64,000 bases of DNA from Octopus vulgaris (Eukaryota): NCBI GenBank assembly GCA_951406725.2, contig OX597818.1, positions 96,286,001 through 96,350,000 of the forward strand, read 5' to 3'. The position numbers were made by a program, and so were the translations under genes. Positions 1 through 12,850 of this stretch are shown here, in pieces. The first letter of the stretch is position 1. The number at the start of each line of letters is the position of its first letter. The notes beneath the pieces were generated by a model that had not been told where the DNA came from, did no database searches, and saw only the letters and a list, made by a program, of their open reading frames with translations.

Positions 1-320
1 AGATTATCAACCTCAGTAGGTAACTGATACTTTAGTCGATCAATCCCAGGGGATAAAAGTAAAGATAACATGGGCGAGATTTAAACTCAAAAGGTAAAGA
101 GCAGAAAGGACTACTACAGAGCAATTTTCCCATGCTCTAATGATTCGGCCAAGCCATTGCCCTAATAGTTATAATGATTTTCATAATGTTGTCAAAAGAC
201 CAGCAATAGTAATTGTTAGTGGAGGGGGCTAGTCAATACGATCGAGCCCAGTATTTGGCTGGTACTTTAATTTATCGACGACGGAGGAATGAAAGGCAAG
301 GTTGACCTTTGAAAGGCAAA

Positions 321-625
321 GTACTTATTCTATCGGTCTCTTTTGCCGAACCGCTAAGTTACGAGGACGTAAACACACCAACATTGGTTGTCAAGCGATG
401 TTGGGGGCGGGGGACAAACACAGACACACAAACATATACACACACATGCATATATATTCATATATATGACGGGCTTCTTTCAGTTTCCGTCTACCAAATC
501 CACTCACAAGGCTTTGGTCGGCCCGAGGCTATAGTAGAAGACACTTACCCAAGGTGCCACGCAGTGCGACTGAATCTGGAACCATGTATTTCGTATAGAA
601 GCTACTTACCACACAGTCACTCCTA
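321..625 (-). mobile_element. tRNA-derived SINE family B (CORE-like centre, internal microsatellite), partial
   Basis: Reverse complement matches the copies at 25809 and 52343 (head GGAGTGGCTGTGTGGTAAGTAGC, B box GGTTC, CCTTGGG.AAGTGTCTT centre). Confidence 0.85.
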
Positions 626-795
626 GTCACAAGGCCTGTAATTTTACGGGAGAAGCTAGTTGATTACATAGGCTGGTACTTATTTCAACGACACCGAAAG
701 CAATGAAAGCTAAAATAGGCCACAACAGAATTTAACTCAGAACGTTATGAGTCGGAAGAAATGCCGCTAAGCATTTTGTCTGGCGAGCTGTTTCT

Positions 796-1025
796 TATTT
801 CTTTACTGCCTACAAGGGGCTACACACAGAGGGGACAAACAAGGACAGACAAACGGATTAAGTCGATTATACCGACCCAGTGCGTAACTGGTACTTATTT
901 AATCGAACCCGAAAGGATGAAAGGCAAAGTCGACCTCGGTGGAATTTGAACTCAGAACGTAACGGCAGACGAAATACTGCGAAGCATTTCGCCCGGCGTG
1001 CTAACGTTTCTGCCAGCTCGCCGCT
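796..1025 (-). mobile_element. tRNA-derived SINE family A, full length
   Basis: Minus strand reads GCGGCGAGCTGGCAGAAACGTTAGC (A box) ... GAGTTCAAATTCC (B box) ... GTCGACTTTGCCTTTCATCCTTTCGGG ... AAAGAAATA tail; about 20 related copies in the window. Confidence 0.9.
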
Positions 1026-1200
1026 TTTAATCAGACCCTAACAGTCTTTCTAATTATAGACACAAGGCCTGAAACTTGGGAGGAGAGGTTAGTCGATTAA
1101 ATCGACCTCAGTGCTCCACTGGTACTTATTTTATCGACTCCCGAAAAACTAAGTGGACCCCAGCAGAATTTGAACTCAGCACATGAAGACATGAAATACC

Positions 1201-1434
1201 TATTTCTTTATTACCCACAAGGGGCTAAACATAGAGGGGACAAACAAGGACAGACATAGGTATTAAGTCGATTACATCGACCCCAGTGCGTAACTGGTAC
1301 TTAATTTATCGACCCCGAAAGGATGAAAGGCAAAGTCGACGACCTCAGCGGAATTTGAACTCACAACGTTGCGCCAGACGAAATACCGCTAAGCATTTAG
1401 CCCGGCGTGCTAACGTTTTTGCCAGCTCGCCGCC
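1201..1434 (-). mobile_element. SINE family A, full length
   Basis: Near-identical to 796-1025, 3702-3931 and 9763-9984; further degenerate copies at about 1-165, 178-320, 626-790 and 1047-1200. Confidence 0.9.
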
Positions 1435-1439
1435 TATAT

Positions 1440-2400
1440 TCAGTTCCTAATGTTAAAATGACATAACCATTCTCATTGGAAGCAACATATATATAATGTC
1501 TGTTTACCCCAAACACAAATAAATGTATATATTGGCATGGAGACAGTGAATAACAACACTGATATGAAATGTCATTTGTAAAATCCTCGATCCTTATTTA
1601 GAAGAGCATTTAGATTCACCTCAACAAGCAAAGCATTAGAGAAAGTAATCCACTAAATAAAATAAACACGTCGGGTATTTTAACAAACAGATAGACAAAG
1701 CCATAGAACAATATAGGAGAAAAATACACCGCAACAGATCACCAGAAACCACATTGATTAAGAGAAATGCTTAAACCACACATAATGCATGAATCAAATG
1801 CTTCATATATAGAGAATATGAACAGCATTACGAAAAATCTTGCTAGCATTATGATTCGCCTACACAAACGAAGCACTAAATAGAGACATCCACTGAATGA
1901 AACAAACGCTATTCAATGCCGTTATTGTTAGAAATTTATAGACTAAGTGATAAAACAATGTAAATACATTGCAACAGATCATTAGAAACCACAGTGATTT
2001 TTAAAAAAAATGTATAGGCCGTACATATAGCATGAATAAAATCTATACAAACTGTAGGAAATAACACAATATGTAAAACCTCACAAACAGAACTCGAAAA
2101 TGCATTGCAGCAAGCCATAAATTAACGCTAATAATGTTACTACAAAATCATTCAAATTAAAATTCTTATCCACAACAAACCACAACATATATAAACCTGT
2201 AAAGAAATTATTAATGATCAATGTGATTTACAAATGCGATTGCGAACGTAAAAGTTGTAAAGTTTATGATCCCTACTCTTCTATTAGCCATACAAGTTTG
2301 ACATTTTCCCGCCGACCCACAATGCATTCACAACAAGACAAAACAAGATAGGGAAACATCACTGGGCGACATATATTTCCACAAAAATGGGTGATTCATG
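1440..2400 (+). mobile_element. Decayed Penelope-like element: RT thumb plus GIY-YIG endonuclease
   Basis: Manual translation across stops and frameshifts: GDSE..YEMSFVKS, SLFRRAFRFTST (1591), GYFNKQIDKAIEQY, NVIYKCDCERKSCKVY (2220), SISHTSLTFSRRPTMH (2280; cf. YIGxTxxTLxRRLxxH). Confidence 0.7.
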
Positions 2401-2738
2401 ATTTAAATAATAGTCATAGAACAGCACATTGCTAGTCGAAACGCTCTGGCAACATGTGCTAATGGATCTCTGTCGTTCGGCGACGAGGATTCATTTGCTC
2501 GATCAGCTGAATGACTTGCTTCTGAATTGTCACTGATACGTGTATTGTCACTGATACGTGTACCTTTAAGGTAGATCCCAAGCAGAATCAATGTGACAGT
2601 CTTGTGTCTTTTGAATTACAGGCATTATCTGTACGATGGGCTTCTCTCTGGTTTCTGTCAACATAATTTCACTCGACACGTCGCTATAGAAAATGATATT
2701 TACCCAAGATGCCACACAGTAGGATCGAACTTGAAACT

Positions 2739-2825
2739 GTTTGTTTGTTTGTTTGTTTGTTTGTTTGTTTGTTTGTATGTATGTATGTATGTATGTATGT
2801 ATGTATGTATGTATGTATGTATGTA

Positions 2826-2882
<57 letters not shown>

Positions 2883-2959
2883 ATGAATTGATAGATGGAA
2901 AGGCAAGCAGACAGATAAATAGATAGACAGATAGATAGACAGACAGACAGACAGCTAGG

Positions 2960-3024
<65 letters not shown>
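2739..3024. repeat. Compound microsatellite (GTTT)n-(GTAT)n-(GT)n-(GATA)n
   Basis: Directly visible; source of the spurious MYVC/YLSI ORFs. Confidence 0.97.
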
Positions 3025-3701
3025 GTACACACACATACTCACACATTCTCACGCACTTACCCTTCTTTCAGAGAAATCTCAGTTACGCTGCCACACAACG
3101 TCAGAAACTGAACATTTATTTGCTACCTATGTATAAATAACAATACGAATAACATCTCATGAGAAACTTACAACAAAACCGTTTGTAGCATGCGGCATCT
3201 TTTATCCCCAAAGGAACCCGTGGACTTCAAGCTGTAATTTTATCCCTACTGCATTGGGGGTGAATTGGTGGGGAATGAAGCAATTGTTTGTTTTTAGTCT
3301 ATAATTTATTTATAACGTGTCAGAATTTCTGTTTTTAATGCTCGGGTTACTTGTGAGTATAGTGAAGTGTGAATATTTGAGTTAAAGAAACACATCCGTT
3401 TTTTGGTAAAATTTTACAGTACTACCTCTACGTATTGTGCCAGTTACAATTTCTACAGCTGAGTTACGTCAGCTTTAGACGGTCCTTAGGTAGACAGCAT
3501 TTGTGAGAAATAAACGTCATTGGAGGTAATAATATGCAGCGCAAGCGGTTTTAATACACGATTCGTTTAAACTCCCATGACCGAGGCAACATAACTTCTA
3601 TCATTAGAAGAGAGGCTTTGTTGTTACCGAAAAACTTCCTTTTAGCATGAAACCGGAAGAATCCGATTGAAGTTGTTCCTCCTGATGGAAATATTAAATA
3701 A

Positions 3702-3931
3702 GGCGGTGAGCTGGCAGAAACGTTAGCACGCCGGGCGAAATGTTTAGCGGCATTTCGTCTGTCTTTACGTTCTGAGTTCAAATTCCGCCGAGGTCAACTT
3801 TTCCTTTCATTCTTTCGGGGTCGATAACTAAAGTACCGGTTACTCACTGCGGTCGATGTAATCGACTTAATCCCATTATCTGTCCTTGTTTGTCCCCTCT
3901 ATGTTTAGCCCCTTGTGGGCAATAAAGAAAT
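3702..3931 (+). mobile_element. SINE family A, full length
   Basis: GGCGGTGAGCTGGCAGAAACGTTAGC head, GAGTTCAAATTCC B box, AATAAAGAAAT tail. Confidence 0.9.
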
Positions 3932-3994
3932 GGGAAATATAAAATATTTAAATTAGAATTCCGAAGACCAAAGATAGTGTTTGTGGTGTGCGTG

Positions 3995-4030
<36 letters not shown>

Positions 4031-4031
<1 letters not shown>

Positions 4032-4282
4032 GGGGGTTCTTAATAATTTTTCACCTATGGACCCCTCTGATTCCTATTTTACACGGGTGGACCTACATAG
4101 CCATTCGATGTTTAAAAAATCCTATATTTTTTTTTATTTATATACAAGAATTTGTATTAAAAAAGTTGTAAAAATATTTTGTGCATTGCAGAACTATATC
4201 CAATTAATTGTACATAAGTTTTGAAAATGGAATCTTATTTTGGACCCTTAAGGGTCATATAGACTCCAGCTGAGAACCAATG
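4031..4282. mobile_element. Probable hAT-type MITE, degenerate
   Basis: Ends GGGGTTCTTAA... and ...TGAGAACCAATG resemble CAGTGGTTCTCAA-type TIRs; related ends near 16117 and 35478. Confidence 0.5.
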
Positions 4283-4689
4283 GGCTGTGTGAAGACATCT
4301 ACGTCAACAAGAGTTGAACCCTAGTACGTCGGTCTTAAAATATGGTTAACTGTGCATTCAAATTAGTAAGATATAGGGTAGGCCGGCACTCTCTCCTTTC
4401 CATTAGATATGACTCTGAATGTGCTAGTACGAAGTTTAACTCATTGTTTGACGTATTGTTTTATGCTTTCGCTCTGTATGTTAATCAATAATCACTTAGT
4501 AACGCGATACACATATATAGCAAGAACTGGCTGTTTTGGTGTATTGCGTGATGTGTTAGTTGAACACTTCATTCGGTTGTTGTTTAGCAAGGTCATACCT
4601 GCGGTTCATCTTTATTTCAGGGAAATTATAGATTTGCACTCTTAAAGTTATTTACAGGTTAACGATGTAAAACTACATGAGATATATTG

Positions 4690-5013
4690 AGACTCCCTTC
4701 GGTTATGAATGACCATGGGATTACACCTAGAAAGTTACCCTTCGAGGCACAAGTCCGGGCAAGGTTGTTTATGGAAGACCAGCAATCGCCCATGCATAAC
4801 AGCCTCCCCGCTGATGTTATCCAAGAGAAAGGCAAAGGCCGATACAGCTTGGCACCAGTGATGTCGCAACTCATTTCTACAGCTGAGTTAACTGGGGCAA
4901 CGTGAAATAAAGTGTCTTGCTCAAGAACACAACACGCAGCCCGGCCCGAGAATCGAACTCATCACCTCACGATCGTAAGCTCGACGCTCTAATCACTGAG
5001 CCATGAGCCTTCA
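4690..5013 (-). mobile_element. tRNA-derived SINE family C, full length
   Basis: Minus-strand head GAAGGCTCATGGCTCAGTGATTAGAGCG ... GAGTTCGATTCTC; flanked by direct repeat ATGAGATATAT (4677-4687 / 5016-5026); copies at 19872-20206 and 48885-49186. Confidence 0.88.
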
Positions 5014-5040
5014 CGATGAGATATATAGCGATAGAGTAAT

Positions 5041-5700
5041 AATCCTTTTTACTATAAGCACAAGGCCTGGCGTTGTGGGGAGGGGAATAGTCAATCAGAT
5101 CGACTCTAGTACTCAGCTGGTACTTAATTTATCGACCTCAAAGGGATGAAAGGCAAAGTCGACCTCGGAGGAATTTGATCTCAGAACGTAGCCGCAGACG
5201 AAATACTGCTAAGTATTTCGCCCAGCGTGCTAACGATTCTGCCAGCTCGCCGCCTTAAAAGAATGAAGTAATAATAACATCAGTAGAAACAACATCTGCA
5301 CTCTAAGTTACAAAAACAAAATATGAATGTCCCCTAATAACGGTTTCTGATTTAAATATAAAGCCAGCAATTTTAGGGAAGGGATTAAGTCGATTACATT
5401 GATCCCAATGCTCATCGATCCCGAAAAGATAAAAGGCAAAGTCGACCTCTACAGAATTTGAACACGGAACATAAAGAAATGGAACATATGCTACAATGCA
5501 TTTTCCTAACACTTTAATGTTTCTGCCAATCCACTGCCCTTGGATTCTGGTTTAGGCGCAAAGTCAGCAGTTTTGAAGGGAAAGGGATAGTCGTTGACTT
5601 CAGCTCCAATATTTGACTGGTACTTTATTTTAAAAGCATCGGAAGGAGGAAAAAGTAGTTAACCTCGGCGTGATTTGAACTTAGAATATAAAGAGCTGGA
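5041..5700 (-). mobile_element. Three tandem SINE family A copies of increasing divergence
   Basis: About 5041-5256, 5343-5540 and 5545-5700, each with a variant of the AAAGGCAAAGTCGACCTCGG..GAATTTGAAC block. Confidence 0.8.
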
Positions 5701-7377
5701 ACGAGCGTCACGTAATAACATTACTGTTTTCAATGTGGATGATCACATATATTTACTCCTTTTCTTTCTTTTACTTGTTTCACTAACTAGAATACGGCCA
5801 AGCTGTAGCATTAAAGAAATCTTTATTTTCAGTTAAAATTTTGCGTATTTCGTAATGAAAAAATAATATATTCATAATAAAGATTTCTTGCATTGTTACA
5901 AGTTCGCAAGTCTTAAGCGAGAAATGTAGCTGATTTCATCAATTCCAGTGCTTAAATGGAATATATTTTGTTGAAGGGCGAGGGACAATGTGGAAACCAA
6001 CGAAACTCAAACTGGGAACTAGAGCTTTATCGCAGAATAGCACTGGAATTTTGCATTGAGATTCATCTTTAGTGACTCTGTTCCAAATAATTGTTGAAAC
6101 CATTTTACTTTCTCATATACCACTAATGCATTCGAAAAATTCATGAATATTATATCTCATTTTATCTGGATTAGAAATCTAGAGTTTTGTGCTCCGTCTG
6201 AAAAAGAGAATCGATAATACAAAATAAGGAAGAATAATTTTTTTTTTATATTAATTTCATTCAAACCAGAAATAACACCAAACAAATATTATTTAAATCA
6301 AAGAGGAAGGAAGAGAAAAATATTGCGGCAAGCTGAGTAGCAATTCAGGACAAACAGGAATCAACGAGTTCACTGGATAACACGAATCGATAATGAGCCA
6401 GGCAACTGATAAAAGTTCACGACGATATTGATTTCTGACGTCATTGCCAAGCGGCATTTACATTTATTATTCGGGAAAAGCCACGATATAACAAAAATTG
6501 CGGAATTCCGCATGCCAACGAGGAACAACCTAAACAGATGAGTTGAGTGTGCTATTTTTATACGCTTTTCTTATTAGACGCAGAAAGATAGACCGATGGA
6601 AAAAGGAAAGAAAAAATAGATAAACTGAACATTATGAAAATAATTAGAACACTGTAAATAATTATTGGAGAGTGATGGTATGATGCCGTACATAGGAAAA
6701 GCTGAAACTAGGAAAAAATGCGTTTAAGAGAAACCTAGAAATACAACGACTGATTACCCTTCAATTATATTCCTTATTCAATTACCTCTCGTTTCATTTT
6801 TGGCCTCGCTTCTGAGTCCCACCTCTTTCCTTTCCTTTTCTACACCTCGCCATCCTTCATCGATTGTATTCTTCTTAGGTAATTCTAGCTCGCATCAGTT
6901 GGCATGTTGAAACCTTTGCAATCAATATTGACCAATCAATTCGAGCGATAATAAATTAGTACCATCAAACTTACACCAAATCGATTACATTGTCTTACGT
7001 TATTTCTCAAAATTTGCTTCGTTAGTTCGGCAGGTGATTGGAATCATCGATTAGTATTATCTCTTATACAACTCGATCGATGTACTCTGTTTTTTTCCTT
7101 TCTTTACTTCCTTAAGGAGTTGGCCAATTTCTACAGTACTTAGATTATGTTTGGTTATATTATTATTTTATTTACTTGTTTCAGTCATTGGACTGTTACC
7201 TGTGCTGGGGCACCGTATTGAAGGGTTTAATCAAACAAACGCCTTTTCTTTAGTACTTTATTAAAAAAAAAATCTGGTATTCATTCCATCAGTTTCTCTT
7301 TTTGCCGAGTAACGGGGACATCAACAAATCAACGGTAGTTGTGAAGGGGAAAGGGGACCAACACAATAACACGCATA

Positions 7378-8465
7378 CGAGGGCGGGCTGAAAATTTCCT
7401 TGGCTGACTATGAAGGAGTCGTCATGTTATCAAGTATCTGCAGGAAAAGACTTTAGCCCCAAGAACATTTATGCTGATATGGTTGCAACATTAAGGGAGG
7501 ACGTTCAAGCTTTATCATCAGTGCCAAAGTGGGCTGCAGAATTTAAGAGAGGAAGGGAGAATCTTGAAGATGACCCAATGTCTGGACGTCCTGGCAATGC
7601 CGCCAAGAATAACATAGTGTTCACCACATGGTGATGGACAACAGGCAATTGGCTATAAATCAAATAGACAATGCTCATAGCATTTATCGCGACAGAGTTA
7701 AGAATATTCTGCACAATGAAATTGGTATGACGAAGGTTTCTGCTTGGTGGGTGCCATGTCTTCTGACATCTGATCAAAATTACACCAGGAAGATCACATC
7801 ATAGGAAAATCTGACATTATTTCAAGCATTTCCAGCTGGTTTGTTTGGATGTTTCCTAACCTAGGATGAGTGTTGGCTTCATCCCTTTGAGCCAAAGACA
7901 AAGAGATAATCCATGCAGTAGAAATACCCCTCTTCGCCTACTCCAAAGAAGGCCAAGGTCGTTTCATCTGCAGGGAAGGTGGCCTTAGTTTTTTGCGATA
8001 CAAAAATATTGTGTTTATTCAAAATGGCCACATCATCAATGAAGAGTATGATGCCATCTTGTTGAAGCAGTTACGAAAGGCTATGAAGACCAAAGCGCTC
8101 AGGAACTGATGAAAGGGCTTTGCTTCACCAGCACACAAGTCCTTGGGTTCATTGGACGCTGTATGTGATTGTGGCTCTGAACTTGTTGATATGCCTCCCT
8201 ATTCTCCTGATTTGGCCCCATCTGACTATCATTTGTTCTGCAACTTGATGAAACACCTGGCTGGGAACAAGTGACGTAGTGACGATGACGTCATGTCTGC
8301 TGTTGAATGTTTCGAAAGCTTCTTCATCAATGGGATTCACGCACTGCAACACCGATGGAAGAAGAGAATGGACCACAAGGGAGACTATGTTGAAAAACAA
8401 ACCTCATTCGATCACATTCCACAAAAGAATCTTATTCAGCCTATGAACGTTTCAGTCGACCCTCG
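7378..8465 (+). mobile_element. Mariner (D,D34D) transposon, defective, irritans-like
   Basis: TIRs CGAGGGCGGGCTGAAA / TTTCAGTCGACCCTCG, TA on the left; peptides KWAAEFKRGRENLEDDPMSGRP, WWVP, PYSPDLAPSDYHLF; 5' internal deletion relative to the 45239 copy. Confidence 0.92.
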
Positions 8466-8559
8466 TGTATGTATGTGTGTGTATACAGTTCCAGATTTTT
8501 ACAGTTCCAGTGATGGACTGGATCTGTAGTCTTCAAATTAGCATTCTCCTTTCTGGTTT

Positions 8560-8686
8560 ATGTATGTATGTATGTATGTATGTATGTATGTATGTATGTA
8601 TGTATGTATGTATGTATGTATGTATGTATGTATGTATGTATGTATGCATGCATGTATGTATGTATGTATGTATGTATGTATGTATG

Positions 8687-8743
<57 letters not shown>

Positions 8744-8918
8744 GTCTGTCTGTCTGTCTGTTTGTCTATTTATATATGTATATATATTTATGCATATGTG
8801 TATGTATATGTGTATGTACATATATATATGCATATGCATATGTGTATGTATATTTATGAAGATACCTAAATACATACTTACATACATGCATACATACATA
8901 CATACATACATACATACA

Positions 8919-8950
<32 letters not shown>
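8560..8950. repeat. Compound microsatellite (TATG)n-(TATC)n-(CATA)n
   Basis: Directly visible. Confidence 0.97.
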
Positions 8951-9640
8951 CCTTTCGTGTGTATATTTACACACGCTAACGCTTCTAGAATATTTTAAAT
9001 GTTCTTTTCACATTGCAATTTTAGTTTTTCTAACTAGTCGCGTTCTTTCTGGTTTTGTGATGCCTACCATTCCAAGATTGGTACTGAAACTATTAATTAT
9101 TAGTTACATATTCAGTTACTCCGATAATTACTGGTATTCTTCTCTGTCATAAAGTAAATGGAGCGAGCATCAGCAAAAGTTTTCATTAGCTCGGCAATAA
9201 ATGTTTCCTAATGTGTTTTACTCTATGTTTCTCTCATTAGACTGTCGCCATGCTGGAGCACCGCCTGGAAGTGTCTAGTCGAAGAAATCGACTCCAGTAT
9301 CTAGTCTTGAAAGTCTGGTACTTTTTCTATTGGTCATTTTGCCGAACCGCTATGTAATGGGGACGTGAACAAACCAGTACCATTTGTCAAGTAGTGAAAC
9401 AAACACACAGAGGCACACACTCATACACGCACACACACATACACACAAATGCATACACACTCTTTCTCTATGTACTATATGTATGTATGCATGCAAGCAT
9501 GCCTATATGCATATCAGTATTTCATGTATGTACGTATGTATGCTTGTATGCATGCATGGTCGTAGGCATCATTATATATAAGAATGTATGTATGTTTGCA
9601 TGCATATAGGTATGTATATATATGTGAATATATATATATG

Positions 9641-9748
<108 letters not shown>

Positions 9749-9762
9749 CATAGATATATATG

Positions 9763-9984
9763 GGCGGCGAGCTGGCAGAAACGTTAGCGCACCGGACGAA
9801 ATGCTTAGCGGTATTTCGTCTGTCGTTACGTTCTAAGTTCAAATTCCGCCGAGGTCGACTTTGGCCTTTCATCCTTTCGGGGTCGATAAATTAAGTACTA
9901 CTTACACACTGGGGCCGATGTAATCGACTTAATCCTTTTGTTTGTCCCCTCTGTGTTTATCCCCTTGTGGGTAATAAAGAAATA
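9763..9984 (+). mobile_element. SINE family A, full length
   Basis: Same head, body and tail as 3702-3931. Confidence 0.9.
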
Positions 9985-11125
9985 TATATATGCATACATA
10001 CGAGGTATGTATGCATATATGAATATATCAATGAATTTATGTATGTACGCATTTATGTGTATATCTGTCCGTATTTATGCATATGCACATACTTGTGTAT
10101 GCATCTATACTGATAGTTATATGAGAGAGAGGGGGAAGCGGGAGAGAGAGGGGGGAGAAAGAAAGAGAGAGAGAGAGTACTGATGTAAATCTTTCAATAA
10201 AACTGAAAATAAATTTAGACAGTGTGGCGCATCACGTCCATTAAAATAAGCTTTAGCTTTCGCAGATTTTCTTTTATGAATAGACTGTTACACATGTATA
10301 CACAATAACATTATACACTCACAATCAATTATATATATATACACATGCATACATACAAACACACACAAATATATATGTCTGTATGGATATATCTATATAT
10401 GTATCTATATATATTAAAAATCGAGGCATATTTTATATATATATGTTTGTGTCTGTATATATACATATATACACATACATACATACATACATACATACAT
10501 ACATACATACATACATACATACATACATACATACATACATACATACATACAGGCACACACACACACATACAGACACACAGTCACATACACGTTCACACAA
10601 TCTTTTTATGCCATGAAACAGATATGACATCAGTAGTCTTCTCTGTGCATACTAGCACACTATTTTCACTGTATCCATGTGTATATCTTGCATATATGCA
10701 TGCATATAGATATACTAATGTATTTCACGTGCAATCGAGTTATTCTCACAATCGTTGACTGTAAGTGGCAGAGAGGAGGCAGTGAGATGAAAAAGGCCAT
10801 CAAATGCTTTCGTCGTTACGCCTAAATGACTACTATGCCCAAAGACGTTCCCACCGCGGCCATCTCGTCTTATATTAAGGCATGGAGTATCTAAGACTAC
10901 ATAACATTATCTTATATGTTTTCCATTGAATGAGAGACTGTGCTTTGATGAAGACTGGCTGTCATTTCTAGTTACTTGGGTAACCACATCGAAGCTCCTA
11001 TGTTGACTTGTGCTTTTGTTGTGCTTTACTTAATCACATCTCATCACATCTTTTGATAAGTAAGTATATACATACATGCATACATACATACACACATGTA
11101 TGTATGTATGTATGTACACACACAC

Positions 11126-11157
<32 letters not shown>

Positions 11158-11242
11158 GTATTATATATATATAGATGTATATATATATGTATATGTATAT
11201 ATATGTATATGTATATAGGTATGTTTCTCCATTATCTCATTT

Positions 11243-11287
<45 letters not shown>

Positions 11288-11295
11288 ATGTATAT

Positions 11296-11397
<102 letters not shown>

Positions 11398-11689
11398 AAG
11401 GGTGCACAAGGTATAAGGACGCACAACTGTGTACTTATACCTCGAACAAGGCCTGATGCTGCTATCTCTAGCCAATGGTTATCTTTTGCCAATGAAGAGA
11501 AATAACTCAGAAACCATGGTCCGCAGATACTGTTAAAGACTGAATAGGGACATTAGCTCCCTTGTTCGAGATATAAGGACGCAGATGTGCGTCGGTAGCC
11601 AGCTGGAAAAGATGTTTTCTTGGGCCTAACCCTAACCCTAACTCTAACGTTCTAATCAGGACTGCCACTTTACGTTGGCAAATAGATTT

Positions 11690-11759
<70 letters not shown>

Positions 11760-12329
11760 GTGTGGTTTTCTAACTGGCAAACATCGATAAGAGCATTCAC
11801 ATGACATATTGCTACAGTTATCATATAGGAGCGATTCGGCCATTCATCATACGTCTGATCCATGGAGGGCGATTTGGTGCTAAACAACAACTATAACAAC
11901 GGCAACAACATATTTGTTCGCGTTACGAAACCTTTAAGAGAGGAGCTTCCCAAGGTTTGCAAATATAAATTACGTTGTTTTCCAAACAACAACTTCATGC
12001 AGTTCGTCACTGAGATCATTATATATCGTGGGTTACACTGTCGAGTTTGTTAAGGCACCTAACTAAAAGGACCTGATCAGCAGAAGTTTCACAAATTATC
12101 ATTGGAACAATATGTTTATCAGGACCACGTTACTGACTCAGTTACAAAAATCTAGAGGAACTAAAAAGTAGTTTGAGTGTATCGAAAGTGAAATATCGAG
12201 GGAGCTTCTGGTAAATACACCAAAGAGCAAATAGCTACAAGAACTAACAAAGATTGCAGAGAAACCATAGAGAAACATGGATAACTTCTAGAAATACTCG
12301 CCAGTGATACAGACGGGTGCTATAGGTTC

Positions 12330-12850
12330 GCGGTAAGCTTTGCAAATAAGTTAGTCATACAATAAGGCATGTTCTAGATGCAGTAGATTGTATTCTACAT
12401 GCAATCCTAAACGGCCCACATTTCATCAGTCGAAGGCAATTGTTATGTCGTGTGTAAAAGGTCAGGCTGTCTATAGTAAACTTCGTTCCGTCGCCTTTTA
12501 ATAGGAAAATATAACGATTAAGATGTGGAGAAACATTAATGTAAATTGTGCGATGAGGGAAAACTGTAACGAGTGATTTAAAAGATATATTGCTGCTGTG
12601 GGTCTTCAGTTCCATTTTATCTTTGATTGTAGAAACCAATGATCAATTCTTATTTAAGGTATAAGGTATCATGAACTGCTTCATCCAACGTATTCTTTTT
12701 TTATTTTAGAAAATTTTGCAGCTCCAATAACCAAGTAGATGCTTTCTTATTGTTTTTTCTTCTTTTAATCTTAAGGCTAACTGCACGGCGAACTGGAGAT
12801 CAAAAATGGTTGTACCTTTATCACTTCCGATAAGGGAGCTGTCATTGTGA
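12330..12850 (-). mobile_element. Highly decayed Penelope-like RT fragment
   Basis: Ordered motifs KGTTI..QFAVQLALRLKEEK (cf. KGTAMG..APxYANLxMGxxEEK), LMFLHILI (cf. LPFLDILI), EVYYRQPD, GPFRIACRIQST (cf. IPFNLARRICTI). Confidence 0.5.

Noticed and set aside
2566-3052. ORFs of MYVC/YLSI/THTH/YIYI type here and throughout the window
   Set aside because: Stop-free translations of di- and tetranucleotide microsatellites
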